A stretch of 39,076 bases of DNA, taken from assembly GCA_964351075.1 (NCBI GenBank), contig CAYGMF010000006.1, forward strand, positions 1 through 39,076, given 5' to 3'. Of this stretch, positions 27,660 to 36,740 are shown piece after piece; the first letter of the stretch is position 1; every line of letters begins with the position of its first letter. Made by a program: the position numbers and the translations under genes. Under the pieces are notes generated by a model, which had not been told where the DNA came from, did not search any database, and was given only the letters and a program-made list of their open reading frames with translations. The stretch comes from an uncultured bacterium. GTDB lineage: Bacteria > Chlamydiota > Chlamydiia > Chlamydiales > JAAZZY01.

Positions 27660-28793
27660 CTACTCCCCTCTCATTTCATTTACAGATTCAACAATAAGAT
27701 CTATTGCTCGATCGATTTCTTCTTCAGTTGTCATTCGACTTAAAGCAAAACGAAGAGATGAGTCAACTCTCTCTTTACTAAGCCCCATTTCAGTTAAGAC
27801 TCTTGATGGAGCGACAGCTCCTGATGTACATGCAGATCCATGACTACAAGCCAGCCCTTTAAGATCTAAACTCATAAGGAGACCTTCTCCATCGACACCT
27901 TCAAAAGCTAAACAAGAGGTATTACAAATGCGCTCTCCCGCTCCATTTATAAGCACCCCGCTTAAGCGCTTTTGAAGTTCTCGCTCAAAGTGGTTCCGTA
28001 ATTTTTCCATTCTAGCAGTTTCACTTGGAAGAAGATCATCTAAAAGTTCTATGGCTTTTGAAAGGCCCAAAATACCTGAGAGGTTATGAGTGCCTGCGCG
28101 TCTTCCTTCTTCTTGCCCTCCTCCAATAATCAAAGGATTGAGTTCATAGTCAGAGGATAAGTAAGTAAAGCCAACTCCTTTTGGACCATGTAGTTTGTGA
28201 GCACTAAAGCTCATCGCTGTAATCCCCTCATAAATTTTAAAAGCCTCTTTTCCAAGTAGGGCTACTCCATCTACAATAAGAGGAACCGAATAAGTATGCG
28301 CGAGCTCTGCAAAAGCTTTTAGATCGGTCTTAACGCCTGTTTCATTATTGACAGCCATTACAATGATCAAACCTGTGTTTTCATCGAGCTCTTTTTTAAG
28401 ATCTTCTATTTGAGGCGCACCTCTTTCATCAATAGGAAGAAAAGCGACTTCTCCACCCTTTTCTTTGTATTTTAGAACATTTTTTAAAATGGAGCTGTGC
28501 TCAGCTCTTGTAGTAATCACCTTTTTTGGAAAGATTTTCTCAAAAAATCCTTTTAAAAGGTAGTTATTGGATTCAGAGCCCCCTGAGGAGAAGAGAATTT
28601 CTTCTGGTTCTACTCCTAAGCAAGTCGCCATCACGCGCCTAGCCCTTGTGAGCTCATTTCTAGCCTCCTGGCCAAAAGAATGGACAGAGGAGGGATTTCT
28701 AGGGATCTGACAGAGGTCAAAGCACATTGTTTCAAAAACAACTGGATCTAAAGCAGTTGTAGCGTTATTATCGAGGTAAATTCGTGTATCCAT
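27660..28793 (-). CDS. cysteine desulfurase (class V aminotransferase, NifS/IscS-like)
   Basis: IYLDNNATT, the PLP-lysine motif SFSAHKLHGPKGVG and the catalytic cysteine loop SHGSACTSG. Its stop abuts the stop of the convergent symporter gene. Confidence 0.9.
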   Translation of the reverse strand: MDTRIYLDNNATTALDPVVFETMCFDLCQIPRNPSSVHSFGQEARNELTRARRVMATCLGVEPEEILFSSGGSESNNYLLKGFFEKIFPKKVITTRAEHSSILKNVLKYKEKGGEVAFLPIDERGAPQIEDLKKELDENTGLIIVMAVNNETGVKTDLKAFAELAHTYSVPLIVDGVALLGKEAFKIYEGITAMSFSAHKLHGPKGVGFTYLSSDYELNPLIIGGGQEEGRRAGTHNLSGILGLSKAIELLDDLLPSETARMEKLRNHFERELQKRLSGVLINGAGERICNTSCLAFEGVDGEGLLMSLDLKGLACSHGSACTSGAVAPSRVLTEMGLSKERVDSSLRFALSRMTTEEEIDRAIDLIVESVNEMRGE

Positions 28794-28885
28794 GGACTTT
28801 TTTCCTTAAAGGCTCTTGAACTTCATTATAGAGGATCAAGAGTTTTCAGCCACCCTCTAATTTAGAGGGTTTTGTACTTCAAAAA

Positions 28886-29779
28886 CTAGGTTACAACTGG
28901 GGCTAGGCTCATCAAGAGGATATTGACTCCATTAAAAGTGGCGTGTAGTCCGATGGACGCATAGATCGATTGTTGTCTAAAATAGACAAAACCTAAGAAT
29001 AGAGCGAGTGTAAAAAGTGAAGGGATAATTTCTAAGTTGCCCCATCCTTGAGATGCTGAAAAGTGAAAGCATGAAAAAATGAGTGCTGTTAAAATAATAC
29101 CTGGTTTTCTTCCTAAGAAGCGGGCAAACCAGTTCTGTAAAAACCCTCTAAAAATAAGCTCTTCAATGACAGGCACAATGATAATGATAAAGAAACTTGT
29201 AAGAGCAAAGAGTATAGGGGTTTCCATAGTCGACTTTAAAAAGCGCACAGCCACTTGATCATGACCTGTTAACCCAAAATAAGTAATCAGAATATTAAAG
29301 GCTTGGCTAACTGCTAAAACGAGGGGAAAACTGATTAAAAAAGTTAAAATCCCCATTCCAACGTTGCGTACATTTTTTGAAAAACCTTCAAAAGATTTGG
29401 GTCCTAAAACAGATCGCCTAGACTCATGGTTTATCGCTCTTACATAACTCCAAAAGGCAATAAATAATATCGCCATGAGAATTAAATTGATCCAAGCTCT
29501 TACAGCATCTGTCTCTAAAGAGAGTTCTTGCTTTAGACCGATAGGAAAAGTTTTTAAGATTTGGACCAAGATAAATGGAACAACTAGAGAGATTCCAAAA
29601 TAGATCAAAAAGGTTAAGCAAACTTGCATTAAAGTTACTCGAATACTTTTTCGATCTAAGTCAGGTAACCTGAAGTAGCGCTTATGCCAAGCAATAAAGC
29701 AGGTTATGAGTGAGAGAAGAAGAGCTAATAGAAAAATGCCTAGATGCTCTTCCAAAACTTGTTGAAAGGTGGGATCCAT
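28886..29779 (-). CDS. CPBP-family intramembrane glutamic endopeptidase (CAAX protease/Abi family)
   Basis: A polytopic membrane protein with the three family motifs EELIFRGFL, FSCFHF and HATFNG. Confidence 0.8.
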   Translation of the reverse strand: MDPTFQQVLEEHLGIFLLALLLSLITCFIAWHKRYFRLPDLDRKSIRVTLMQVCLTFLIYFGISLVVPFILVQILKTFPIGLKQELSLETDAVRAWINLILMAILFIAFWSYVRAINHESRRSVLGPKSFEGFSKNVRNVGMGILTFLISFPLVLAVSQAFNILITYFGLTGHDQVAVRFLKSTMETPILFALTSFFIIIIVPVIEELIFRGFLQNWFARFLGRKPGIILTALIFSCFHFSASQGWGNLEIIPSLFTLALFLGFVYFRQQSIYASIGLHATFNGVNILLMSLAPVVT

Positions 29780-29785
29780 AAAATA

Positions 29786-30442
29786 TTACTTAGAGATAGT
29801 GATGTAATTTTCAATTTGCGAGGCTAAGTCTTTTTCTAATTTACCATGAGCTCTACCATAGACACTTGCTCTATAGGAGTCGCCTCCCCAAACAACTTTA
29901 TGGTAGTCTATTTCTTGTTCTACTCTAGGTATGGAGTGTTTACTTTGAAGAATCTCTTGCAATAAGACTTTAGGCTCCTCCCCACGAATGTCATATACGC
30001 GGACTCGAGCTTGGATCACAAGGGCTTTAGTAGGGAGTCCATTAAAAACACCTGTCTGTACTTCTTTGTGTTCTAAAAGCTCCATAAAAACGACATATTC
30101 ATTTTGTCCTTTAAAAGCTTTGAAGTCCTCTTTATTAAGGGTAATCAAATCTTTAGATTCAAGTTTAGCTTTGAGATCCATTGGGACTTGAACAGGGTTT
30201 AAATAAACTTGAGCGCTGTTGATGATACGTCTTTGAATTTCAGCCGTAATTTCTTGGGCTATATCCCAAGAGACTTGCGGTGTTTCTACATGGTTGATTA
30301 GGGGTATAAGAGCAGCTATTGGCTTTTGTTTTGCATTTTCGTGGTAGCGAAAAGACTGTATCCTCCCATGGTGAGATGAGCAACTAGAAAGTGTTAAAGT
30401 AAAGACCACAAAAGTGCAAATTTTTAAAAGAGTAAGCTTCAT
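29786..30442 (-). CDS. hypothetical lipoprotein
   Basis: Signal peptide with lipobox: MKLTLLKICTFVVFTLTLSS-C. A GGAGGA Shine-Dalgarno lies upstream. The stop is 6 nt before the CPBP gene start. Confidence 0.6.
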   Translation of the reverse strand: MKLTLLKICTFVVFTLTLSSCSSHHGRIQSFRYHENAKQKPIAALIPLINHVETPQVSWDIAQEITAEIQRRIINSAQVYLNPVQVPMDLKAKLESKDLITLNKEDFKAFKGQNEYVVFMELLEHKEVQTGVFNGLPTKALVIQARVRVYDIRGEEPKVLLQEILQSKHSIPRVEQEIDYHKVVWGGDSYRASVYGRAHGKLEKDLASQIENYITISK

Positions 30443-30525
30443 GAAATTTTATTCCTCCAAACAATATGAAACAAATTTGGAAGATAGCAAAAAAAATTCT
30501 TTCTTTACTAGAAAAATAAGCCTTT

Positions 30526-31461
30526 TTAAAAAAAAGAGGTCGTCTCTAATAAAACCATCGGCTTATCTTTTGAAGTTAGGGTAAGCAGCTCGTAATTTGG
30601 AGGGACAATAAAGGTTTGGCCTTCCAAAACCATTTCTGAGATTGAAGAGCTTTTTAAAGAGAGATTTCCTCTTAAAACAAAGAAGACTCTAAAAGAAGAC
30701 AAAGGCTCTAAAAGGATTGGGTCTGCAGCTTCCCATTTATAAAAGTTAAAATAAGGGCAACTCAAGAGCTTTGAGCGTTTAACTCCAATAGAGGGATAAA
30801 TGGTTTGGATTTTTTGAGAAATTTCTACTTTTTGATCTTGAAGCATCACTTTCAAAGCTCTCTCAATATGTAGAGGCCTTGGCTTTCCCTCCTGGTCTAG
30901 TCGTCCCCAATCATACAGTCTATAGGTTGTATCGGAGTTTTGTTGCACCTCATAGATCAAACATCCTTTGCCTATCGCATGCAAAAGCCCACCTGGAATA
31001 TAAAAGGTATCCCCTTCCTTCACATTGATCTGGTGCATATGTTTTTCTAAACATTTATTCTCGATAGCTTCTTTGATTTCATCGTCTGATAATCTACTTT
31101 TAAGCCCTAAATAGATTTGAGCGCCTTCTTCTGCGTGGATAACATGCCACATTTCAGATTTAGCTTCTCCTCCAAACAAAGAGGCATTTAGATCATTTGG
31201 ATGGACCTGAATACTCAATGATTTTTGTGCATCGATTAGTTTGATAAGTAGGGGAAAGTTAGAAAAGGCCTCTTTTAGAGACTTTCCCTTCATGGATCCA
31301 TTTGAGATCAAGCTCATCCCTTCTTCTCGGACTGAGGCTTCCCAAGATTCGGCAGTTGTCTTATTTACCAGCTTTCTTTTGAAGGTTTCAGCAATCCGCT
31401 TACCGCCCCAGAGGTAGTGCTTATAGGCGGGTTGTAAAATGATGGGATACGATTCGATCAT
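30526..31461 (-). CDS. manA: mannose-6-phosphate isomerase, class I (short bacterial type)
   Basis: WGG..I, PLLIKLIDAQKSLSIQVHPND, E.W.V, FYIPGGLLHAIG.G and YEVQQNSDTTYRLYDWGR. Confidence 0.8.
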   Translation of the reverse strand: MIESYPIILQPAYKHYLWGGKRIAETFKRKLVNKTTAESWEASVREEGMSLISNGSMKGKSLKEAFSNFPLLIKLIDAQKSLSIQVHPNDLNASLFGGEAKSEMWHVIHAEEGAQIYLGLKSRLSDDEIKEAIENKCLEKHMHQINVKEGDTFYIPGGLLHAIGKGCLIYEVQQNSDTTYRLYDWGRLDQEGKPRPLHIERALKVMLQDQKVEISQKIQTIYPSIGVKRSKLLSCPYFNFYKWEAADPILLEPLSSFRVFFVLRGNLSLKSSSISEMVLEGQTFIVPPNYELLTLTSKDKPMVLLETTSFF

Positions 31462-31478
31462 ACATTTGGCGAATTAAA

Positions 31479-31505
31479 TTGACCTAAAGGATTATATTTT
31501 ATAAT
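31479..31505 (+). promoter_or_regulatory. possible sigma-70 promoter (TTGACC-N15-TATAAT) for the AsnB-like gene
   Basis: TTGACC at 31479-31484 and TATAAT at 31500-31505. The 15-nt spacer is shorter than optimal. Confidence 0.3.
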
Positions 31506-31556
31506 GAAGGAATATTAAAGGTAAATGAATTAGGCTCTTAAAAGGAAAAGTCAAAG

Positions 31557-33467
31557 ATGGTTGAGTTTGCGGGGATAATTTCGAAGAACTCTCTTGAGGG
31601 GCTACCTGAAGAGATCGAGCAGATGCTTTCTATTATGAGTCTCCCTCTTACTGATCAAGAAAGCTTCCGATCAGAAGATCAAAATGCTGCCTTTGGACAA
31701 ACATCCCAACCTCTAGATAGCGACTTATTTAAAAATTATGTAATTGGAGTTCAGGGTGAAATTAACAACTTTTCTGAAATCAAACAAAAACTTCTCGATA
31801 AAGGGCAAATTCTTGAGAGTGAGGACCCCACAGCGCTTCTTATTTTAGCTTACCAAACATGGGGACCTACTTTTTTAAGTTTATTATGCGGCGGCTTCAT
31901 TCTATTTATTTATGATCGAAGAGAAAAGAAGTTATTGATCGGGCGCGATAAAATTGGTTCTCACCGTCTCTACTGGGGACGTTTTTCAAATACATTTGTC
32001 TTTGCAAGTCTTTTAAAGGGACTCATAGCCTCTCGCTTGGTCCCTCAACACCCTTGTTTAGAATCCATAGCTTCCTATTTTTACTTAGGCTACTTTCCTC
32101 AAGATAAGACTCCTATTGTAAATCTCAACTGCCTTTTACCTGGTTATTATTTGTTAGTAGATTCGGATGTGAATGTCATCTTAAACAAATACTGGTCTTT
32201 CCAAGACTCTGGCAAGGTTAAAGATGATACAAATTTAGATGAAGTGTCTGAGAGATTAGACCACTTGCTGATACAGGCTATTGAAAAAAGCAATCCTGAA
32301 AATAAAGCGATGACCTCTTATCTTCATGGGGATATTGGGTCAGCAGCGTTAGCGCATTATATGAAGAAGATGTGCCCCCAAAAGGGCTTTTGTTTCTCAA
32401 ATGACTTTGAGGGGCAAGCAAATTCTTATATGCCGTATGCCCAGCGCATTTCAGATAGCTTTCAACTTCCTTTTGAGAAGGAAGAGCTTAAATTTTCTGA
32501 TCTATATAATGAACTGAGCCAAATTGTTTGGCACTTAGATGAGCCTATTGCAGACCCGTCAAGTGTTCTTGTTTGGAATATGGCAAAACACCTTAAAGGG
32601 CGGACAAATAAACTCTATACTTCTTTAGGATGCAGTGAATTTTTAGGAATCCATTTAGGAAACACAGCTCTTTCTTACAAACCTTTATTTCTATGGTTTT
32701 TAAAACTTTCTACCCCTCTTTTTACCCGCGTGGGGATACCTCTTCTATCAAAATTTAGTAAGCAAGCGGCTTTTTCTTCTCTTCGTTTTTTTCAAAAGGA
32801 CTTTTGGGCAACTGAGTATATGGAACAAAATGCTCTTTATAGTTCAAGCGCTTTAAAAAAAGTTGCACCAGATCTCTACAAGCAATTTGATTTAGGAATT
32901 TATATCCACCAGACTTATCAATACCTCAAGTACATACACTCTCAAAACTTTGATATTGCCGACTATTCTTTTTATGATGCTGAAACAACTCTTTGCAATT
33001 ACTCGCTTATTCAATATCAAAATATTTTATTATCACACGGCATTGATCTTCATTGTCCCTTTTTAGATGAAAATCTTGTGCACTTTCTGATTCACACTCC
33101 AGAAGTTTTTAAATCGCATGGAAAAAGCCCAGCCCTTCCTCTACAAAAGATCTTACAAGGAAATCTTTCTCAAGAAGATTTAAACTACCAATATCACAAA
33201 GGGAATCACTATTTAGATGATTGGCTTCAAAATCCGGAAATTGAAGAGATTTACCAATTCTTATTCAATGGAACTTTATGTGAATCGGGTATTATTTCAG
33301 AGAAAGGGCTTCGAGATACCTTTAAGGCAAGAAATTTCGATTCTAGAGCATTTGAAAAGCTTTGGTCGATTTTAATTCTTGAAGTTTGGTTTCAGCTCTT
33401 TATTAACAGCCCCGTTTACACCTACCCTGAAAAAGGCTCTATAATAGCCCCTTCTAAAAAGCTTTAA
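31557..33467 (+). CDS. asparagine synthetase B-like protein lacking both catalytic signatures
   Basis: AsnB-type blocks are retained (VQGEINNF, LLILAYQTWGPTFLSLL.GGF, LLIGRDKIGSHRLYW, VFASLLKGL). The N-terminus is MVEFAGI instead of MCGI, and the PP-loop SGGxDS position reads HGDIGS. Confidence 0.75.
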   Translation: MVEFAGIISKNSLEGLPEEIEQMLSIMSLPLTDQESFRSEDQNAAFGQTSQPLDSDLFKNYVIGVQGEINNFSEIKQKLLDKGQILESEDPTALLILAYQTWGPTFLSLLCGGFILFIYDRREKKLLIGRDKIGSHRLYWGRFSNTFVFASLLKGLIASRLVPQHPCLESIASYFYLGYFPQDKTPIVNLNCLLPGYYLLVDSDVNVILNKYWSFQDSGKVKDDTNLDEVSERLDHLLIQAIEKSNPENKAMTSYLHGDIGSAALAHYMKKMCPQKGFCFSNDFEGQANSYMPYAQRISDSFQLPFEKEELKFSDLYNELSQIVWHLDEPIADPSSVLVWNMAKHLKGRTNKLYTSLGCSEFLGIHLGNTALSYKPLFLWFLKLSTPLFTRVGIPLLSKFSKQAAFSSLRFFQKDFWATEYMEQNALYSSSALKKVAPDLYKQFDLGIYIHQTYQYLKYIHSQNFDIADYSFYDAETTLCNYSLIQYQNILLSHGIDLHCPFLDENLVHFLIHTPEVFKSHGKSPALPLQKILQGNLSQEDLNYQYHKGNHYLDDWLQNPEIEEIYQFLFNGTLCESGIISEKGLRDTFKARNFDSRAFEKLWSILILEVWFQLFINSPVYTYPEKGSIIAPSKKL

Positions 33468-34023
33468 CATCTTCTAGTTTTGGATAAATCAAAGCATCTT
33501 CTTCATTTTTAGAAAATCGACTTTCTTTAACGCATTCTACCCACAGAGAGTCGTCTGAGAGCTCTTTTTTTGAAGAATAGCGTACCATTAGGAGTTGGTG
33601 CTCCTTATTCCTTAGAATTTTAACCCACTCATGTTGCGCATTCTTATAGGGAAAATTGACCCACCATTCAAAGTACATGGATTCAGGGTCTTTAAAGTGC
33701 ACTTCATAGTGTAAAAGATCCTTAGGCTCAATGTTCTCTTCAAGAGTTGAAATAAATTTGTCAAAAACAGCTTTAAGTTCAAAATCCTTTTCAAACTGGT
33801 ACGCTTGAGTGCTAAAAGACTGAGAGCTTTCCTCTAACATTTCCCCGTGAGGCGCCCAATCTATAATCTGTTCTCTCTCTTCAGTAATTTCAGACTTTTG
33901 GTCCCAAAAGCTTACAAAGTCAGAAGAGTGAGGGATTGATAAAGAGTAATCAAGACTCTCTTCTGAATAGAGAGAGGTACCGACTAACAAAGAAAAGATT
34001 AAGAAGAAGGAATATGCTTTCAT
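33454..34023 (-). CDS. hypothetical secreted protein
   Basis: N-terminal signal peptide MKAYSFFLIFSLLVGTSLYS. The mature part is acidic and Trp/Phe-rich. I recognise no family. Confidence 0.55.
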   Translation of the reverse strand: MKAYSFFLIFSLLVGTSLYSEESLDYSLSIPHSSDFVSFWDQKSEITEEREQIIDWAPHGEMLEESSQSFSTQAYQFEKDFELKAVFDKFISTLEENIEPKDLLHYEVHFKDPESMYFEWWVNFPYKNAQHEWVKILRNKEHQLLMVRYSSKKELSDDSLWVECVKESRFSKNEEDALIYPKLEDVKAF

Positions 34024-34232
34024 TTTACCACCTAGTTTTTAAATTGCGGTCTAGGTTAGCTAAAAGCGGCATATTCAGTAAAATGAAAAGGTCTATTTTT
34101 TAGAAAAATCTAGAGTTTGTATAGCAATATGATTTTTATCCTCAAAGAAATGGAAAAAAATAGCTCTAAAATGTAAAATTTTCATTTTTAATATTTAATA
34201 ACTCCCCAAAATAACCCAAATTGGACATAACT

Positions 34233-35135
34233 ATGAAACCAATAACGACACTCTTATTGTTGATAACACTATGTTCTCCATGCTTTTCTTCTGAAACTTG
34301 CACAGCTGGAGAATCACCATTTACAGCTGAATATAGTGAAACTATTGGCGCTAAAACGATACTTCAAGCGAATAAAATCGAATCTGTTTTTGCTGCAAAT
34401 TTTTTACTTACAGATGAAAAAATGGGGTTCTTTCAGGAGCATCTAAAAGAATTAGACACAATTTTACAAAAAAAGAAGGAAACTATTCAAGCAGAATGGG
34501 AGCATCGTAAACAAACCGCTAAAGAAAGAACAGAGCTTCTTAATTCGATAAATGAACGTATTATTGAAATATGTAATAAAAACCCCTCTAACTCTTTTTT
34601 AAAAACAGTTCAATTAACATTTTCAAAGTCTCTAATACTAACTGATAAAGAAGAACTATTACTAAAAGACTTTAGTGATTATATGAGCTTGCATCCCAGT
34701 AAAATTGAAGAAAGCTCTCCTCTTGAACTATTAAAGAAAATAGACCATGTCATTGCTTTAGCCGAATTCAAAAAAGATTCCATCATTGCTGATTATAAAC
34801 CTGAAAAACTGCCCCGCTATATAGAGGTTCCAATGTTAATGTATTTAATAGATAAATCAACATTGAAAGAAATGTTTTCTCTAGCCCACCAATTTAATGA
34901 CGACTATTTTCTTTCAGCATTGATGATATATGAAAAGACACTTCCTCATAAATATGCAAAGTCCATAAACAGGCATCTTGTTTTTTTAAAATTGTTAACT
35001 GACGATGAGCAAACCCTATCTGCAGAAGAAGCTCAAATAAAAGCAGAGCTCCAAAATATAACCTCCGTTTTAAAAAAATATGAGAATTCTATTAACACCG
35101 AAAAGTCAAGGCAACTTCTCTTTGGAAATTCATAA
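34233..35135 (+). CDS. hypothetical secreted protein
   Basis: From ATG 34233 the protein starts MKPITTLLLLITLCSPCFSS, a signal peptide. The track start at TTG 34221 adds 4 residues. The mature part is Lys/Glu-rich and probably helical. Confidence 0.55.
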   Translation: MKPITTLLLLITLCSPCFSSETCTAGESPFTAEYSETIGAKTILQANKIESVFAANFLLTDEKMGFFQEHLKELDTILQKKKETIQAEWEHRKQTAKERTELLNSINERIIEICNKNPSNSFLKTVQLTFSKSLILTDKEELLLKDFSDYMSLHPSKIEESSPLELLKKIDHVIALAEFKKDSIIADYKPEKLPRYIEVPMLMYLIDKSTLKEMFSLAHQFNDDYFLSALMIYEKTLPHKYAKSINRHLVFLKLLTDDEQTLSAEEAQIKAELQNITSVLKKYENSINTEKSRQLLFGNS

Positions 35136-35190
35136 TTATAAGTTTGTTTATTTCAGAATAAGATCAAGAAATTACTTTAAAAATACCTGC

Positions 35191-35219
35191 TTGAAGGTAT
35201 TTACCATTTGATATAAAAT
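35191..35219 (+). promoter_or_regulatory. sigma-70-type promoter for ffs (TTGAAG-N17-TAAAAT)
   Basis: TTGAAG at 35191-35196 and TAAAAT at 35214-35219, about 10 nt before the predicted 5' end of the SRP RNA. Confidence 0.4.
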
Positions 35220-35230
35220 AGAAACTATTA

Positions 35231-35331
35231 AACCGGGGACCTTATAAGATAGGAACCTCCGAACCAGGTCAGGACCGGAAGGTAGCAGCCTTAAGGAGTT
35301 CTTCTTATGTTGTAAGATTATCTCCGGTTTA
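35231..35331 (+). ncRNA. ffs: signal recognition particle RNA (small bacterial 4.5S type)
   Basis: ACCAGGTCAGGACCGGAAGGTAGCAGCC (35263-35290) matches the universally conserved domain IV sequence (E. coli ACCAGGUCAGGUCCGGAAGGAAGCAGCC). The 5' ACCGGGGA pairs with the 3' TCTCCGGT to close a ~100-nt hairpin, which is followed by a T tract. Confidence 0.8.
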
Positions 35332-35339
35332 TTTTTTTT

Positions 35340-35978
35340 TTAAGAGAGCACTTCTGGCTTATTGTCTACCATCCACTCTCGAAATCGCCCTTCAAAGTCT
35401 TTGAGCGTTTGGCCAAAAATATGGTCTACATTTTTAAACTGCTTAGCTCCTTTAAAGACTAACTTTAGAAATTGATCACCAAGATCTTCTGAGTCTAGCG
35501 CATCTTCGTAACCGTACTTATTGGCAAGTTCGACCCATTTCATCGCTCTATTAAGTGTTGGTAGAGATGGAGCTATAGAGGAGAAGAGATCTTCATTTTG
35601 ATTCTCTCTCTCTTTAGCTTTCGAAGTTTCCCATTGATCTCTGAGTTCTTCCAAAGAAAGCGTTTTTGGATTTTCAAAGACATGTGGAGATCTACGTTTA
35701 ATTTTATCTACGCCCTCACTTGCAATTTGATCAAACTTAAGATCGTGTTCTTTTATAGCTAGAGCTAAGAGAAAAGAGACTGTAAAGAGGAGATCTCCAA
35801 GCTCTTCTTTGACCTTTTGCCCCGTCCCGCTTCTTTGGGCATCTAGAACTTCATAAGCCTCTTCAATCACATAGTGACAGATCGAAGTTATGTCCTGATC
35901 TTTAACCCAAGGACAGCCCCGTGATCCCATCAGAGCTTCTAGAATTTTGAAATATGATTGCAAAGAAAAATTCATCAT
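35340..35978 (-). CDS. mazG: MazG-family nucleoside triphosphate pyrophosphohydrolase
   Basis: CPWVKDQ, the EEAYEVLDA ... EELGDLLF (EExxE...ELGDxL) metal-binding motif, and RSPHVF. Confidence 0.85.
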   Translation of the reverse strand: MMNFSLQSYFKILEALMGSRGCPWVKDQDITSICHYVIEEAYEVLDAQRSGTGQKVKEELGDLLFTVSFLLALAIKEHDLKFDQIASEGVDKIKRRSPHVFENPKTLSLEELRDQWETSKAKERENQNEDLFSSIAPSLPTLNRAMKWVELANKYGYEDALDSEDLGDQFLKLVFKGAKQFKNVDHIFGQTLKDFEGRFREWMVDNKPEVLS

Positions 35979-36072
35979 TTACCTACTTTTTAACGGAGAA
36001 AATTATAGGCAAATGATGAGATTATTTGAACCTCTTTTCGAGGTTTGAATAAGAACTAAAAAATTTAGTATC

Positions 36073-36246
36073 TTACTTACACTGCTTCTGAGGTGCTTTA
36101 TTGCAGCAAGTGTTGCCTCGGGCACATTTTTGCTTGTTACAGCAGTTAGACTTACAGCAATTTGACTTTCCACCTGTCCAGTTTTGACAAGCTGTCGCAG
36201 TAGCTGCTAATGCAAATGTAGCTATAATAAGAGCTAATTTTTTCAT
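36073..36246 (-). CDS. unannotated 57-aa cysteine-rich small lipoprotein (below the ORF-track cutoff)
   Basis: My hand translation gives MKKLALIIATFALAATATA-CQNWTGGKSNCCKSNCCNKQKCARGNTCCNKAPQKQCK. It has a signal peptide, a lipobox-like ATAC, and 9 Cys in the 38-aa mature part. A strong AAGGAG Shine-Dalgarno lies 6 nt upstream of ATG 36246. Confidence 0.55.
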   Translation of the reverse strand: MKKLALIIATFALAATATACQNWTGGKSNCCKSNCCNKQKCARGNTCCNKAPQKQCK

Positions 36247-36451
36247 AATATTCTCCTTAACGAGTATTTTTTTTGAAAATGGTCCCTATCCTATTAGAAT
36301 GGATCTGCCCCTAGATCTAAAGTGAAAACAAATTTAATTCAAGAAATATTTTCGATCTACAAGCTTCTAGCCTTCTCTCTGCAGAGATTGTCTATTAAAA
36401 TACATCCTAGACCTTTATACACAAGTGAATTAGATCTGCAGAAACTTCTAA

Positions 36452-36634
36452 CTACTTTTTATTGCTATTCTTTGAAAAACAGCAACAACAGTCAATACTA
36501 TTGGAACAACAGCTTCCACAGTAACTTGGCCCCCCTCTTTTTTTTGGAGCTGAAGTTTTACTGCTTCCCATCGAGCAACATGAAAGGAGCAGTGCTCCTG
36601 TTACAACGGTTAAGATCATGGCTATTTTTTTCAT
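36452..36634 (-). CDS. 60-aa cysteine-rich small lipoprotein
   Basis: MKKIAMILTVVTGALLLS-CCSMGSSKTSAPKKRGGPSYCGSCCSNSIDCCCCFSKNSNKK. It has a signal peptide with lipobox LLSC and 10 Cys in the mature part, counting the lipobox Cys. A GAGGTG Shine-Dalgarno lies 7 nt upstream. Confidence 0.6.
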   Translation of the reverse strand: MKKIAMILTVVTGALLLSCCSMGSSKTSAPKKRGGPSYCGSCCSNSIDCCCCFSKNSNKK

Positions 36635-36740
36635 CTAAGTGCACCTCTATTTAAGTTTAGGTAAAAAAAATATTTATACCTGAAGCTACAGATTTTAGGC
36701 TACAGACATAGTAGCCACCTTTAGGCATATTTTTTATGAT

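Noticed and set aside
28853-28874. Hairpin CCCTCTAA-t-TTAGAGGG followed by TTTTG between the CPBP gene and the cysteine desulfurase gene
   Set aside because: The T tract lies on the plus strand, whereas both flanking genes are on the minus strand. On the minus strand no U tract follows the stem. It may be a weak bidirectional terminator, but the evidence is insufficient.
36322-36654. 110-aa plus-strand ORF, the longest ORF in this interval
   Set aside because: It is antisense to a 60-aa ORF that has a Shine-Dalgarno, signal peptide and lipobox. Its own product is low-complexity (FF/SS/LL-rich), has no ribosome-binding site, and starts at a non-ATG codon. It is most likely a shadow ORF.
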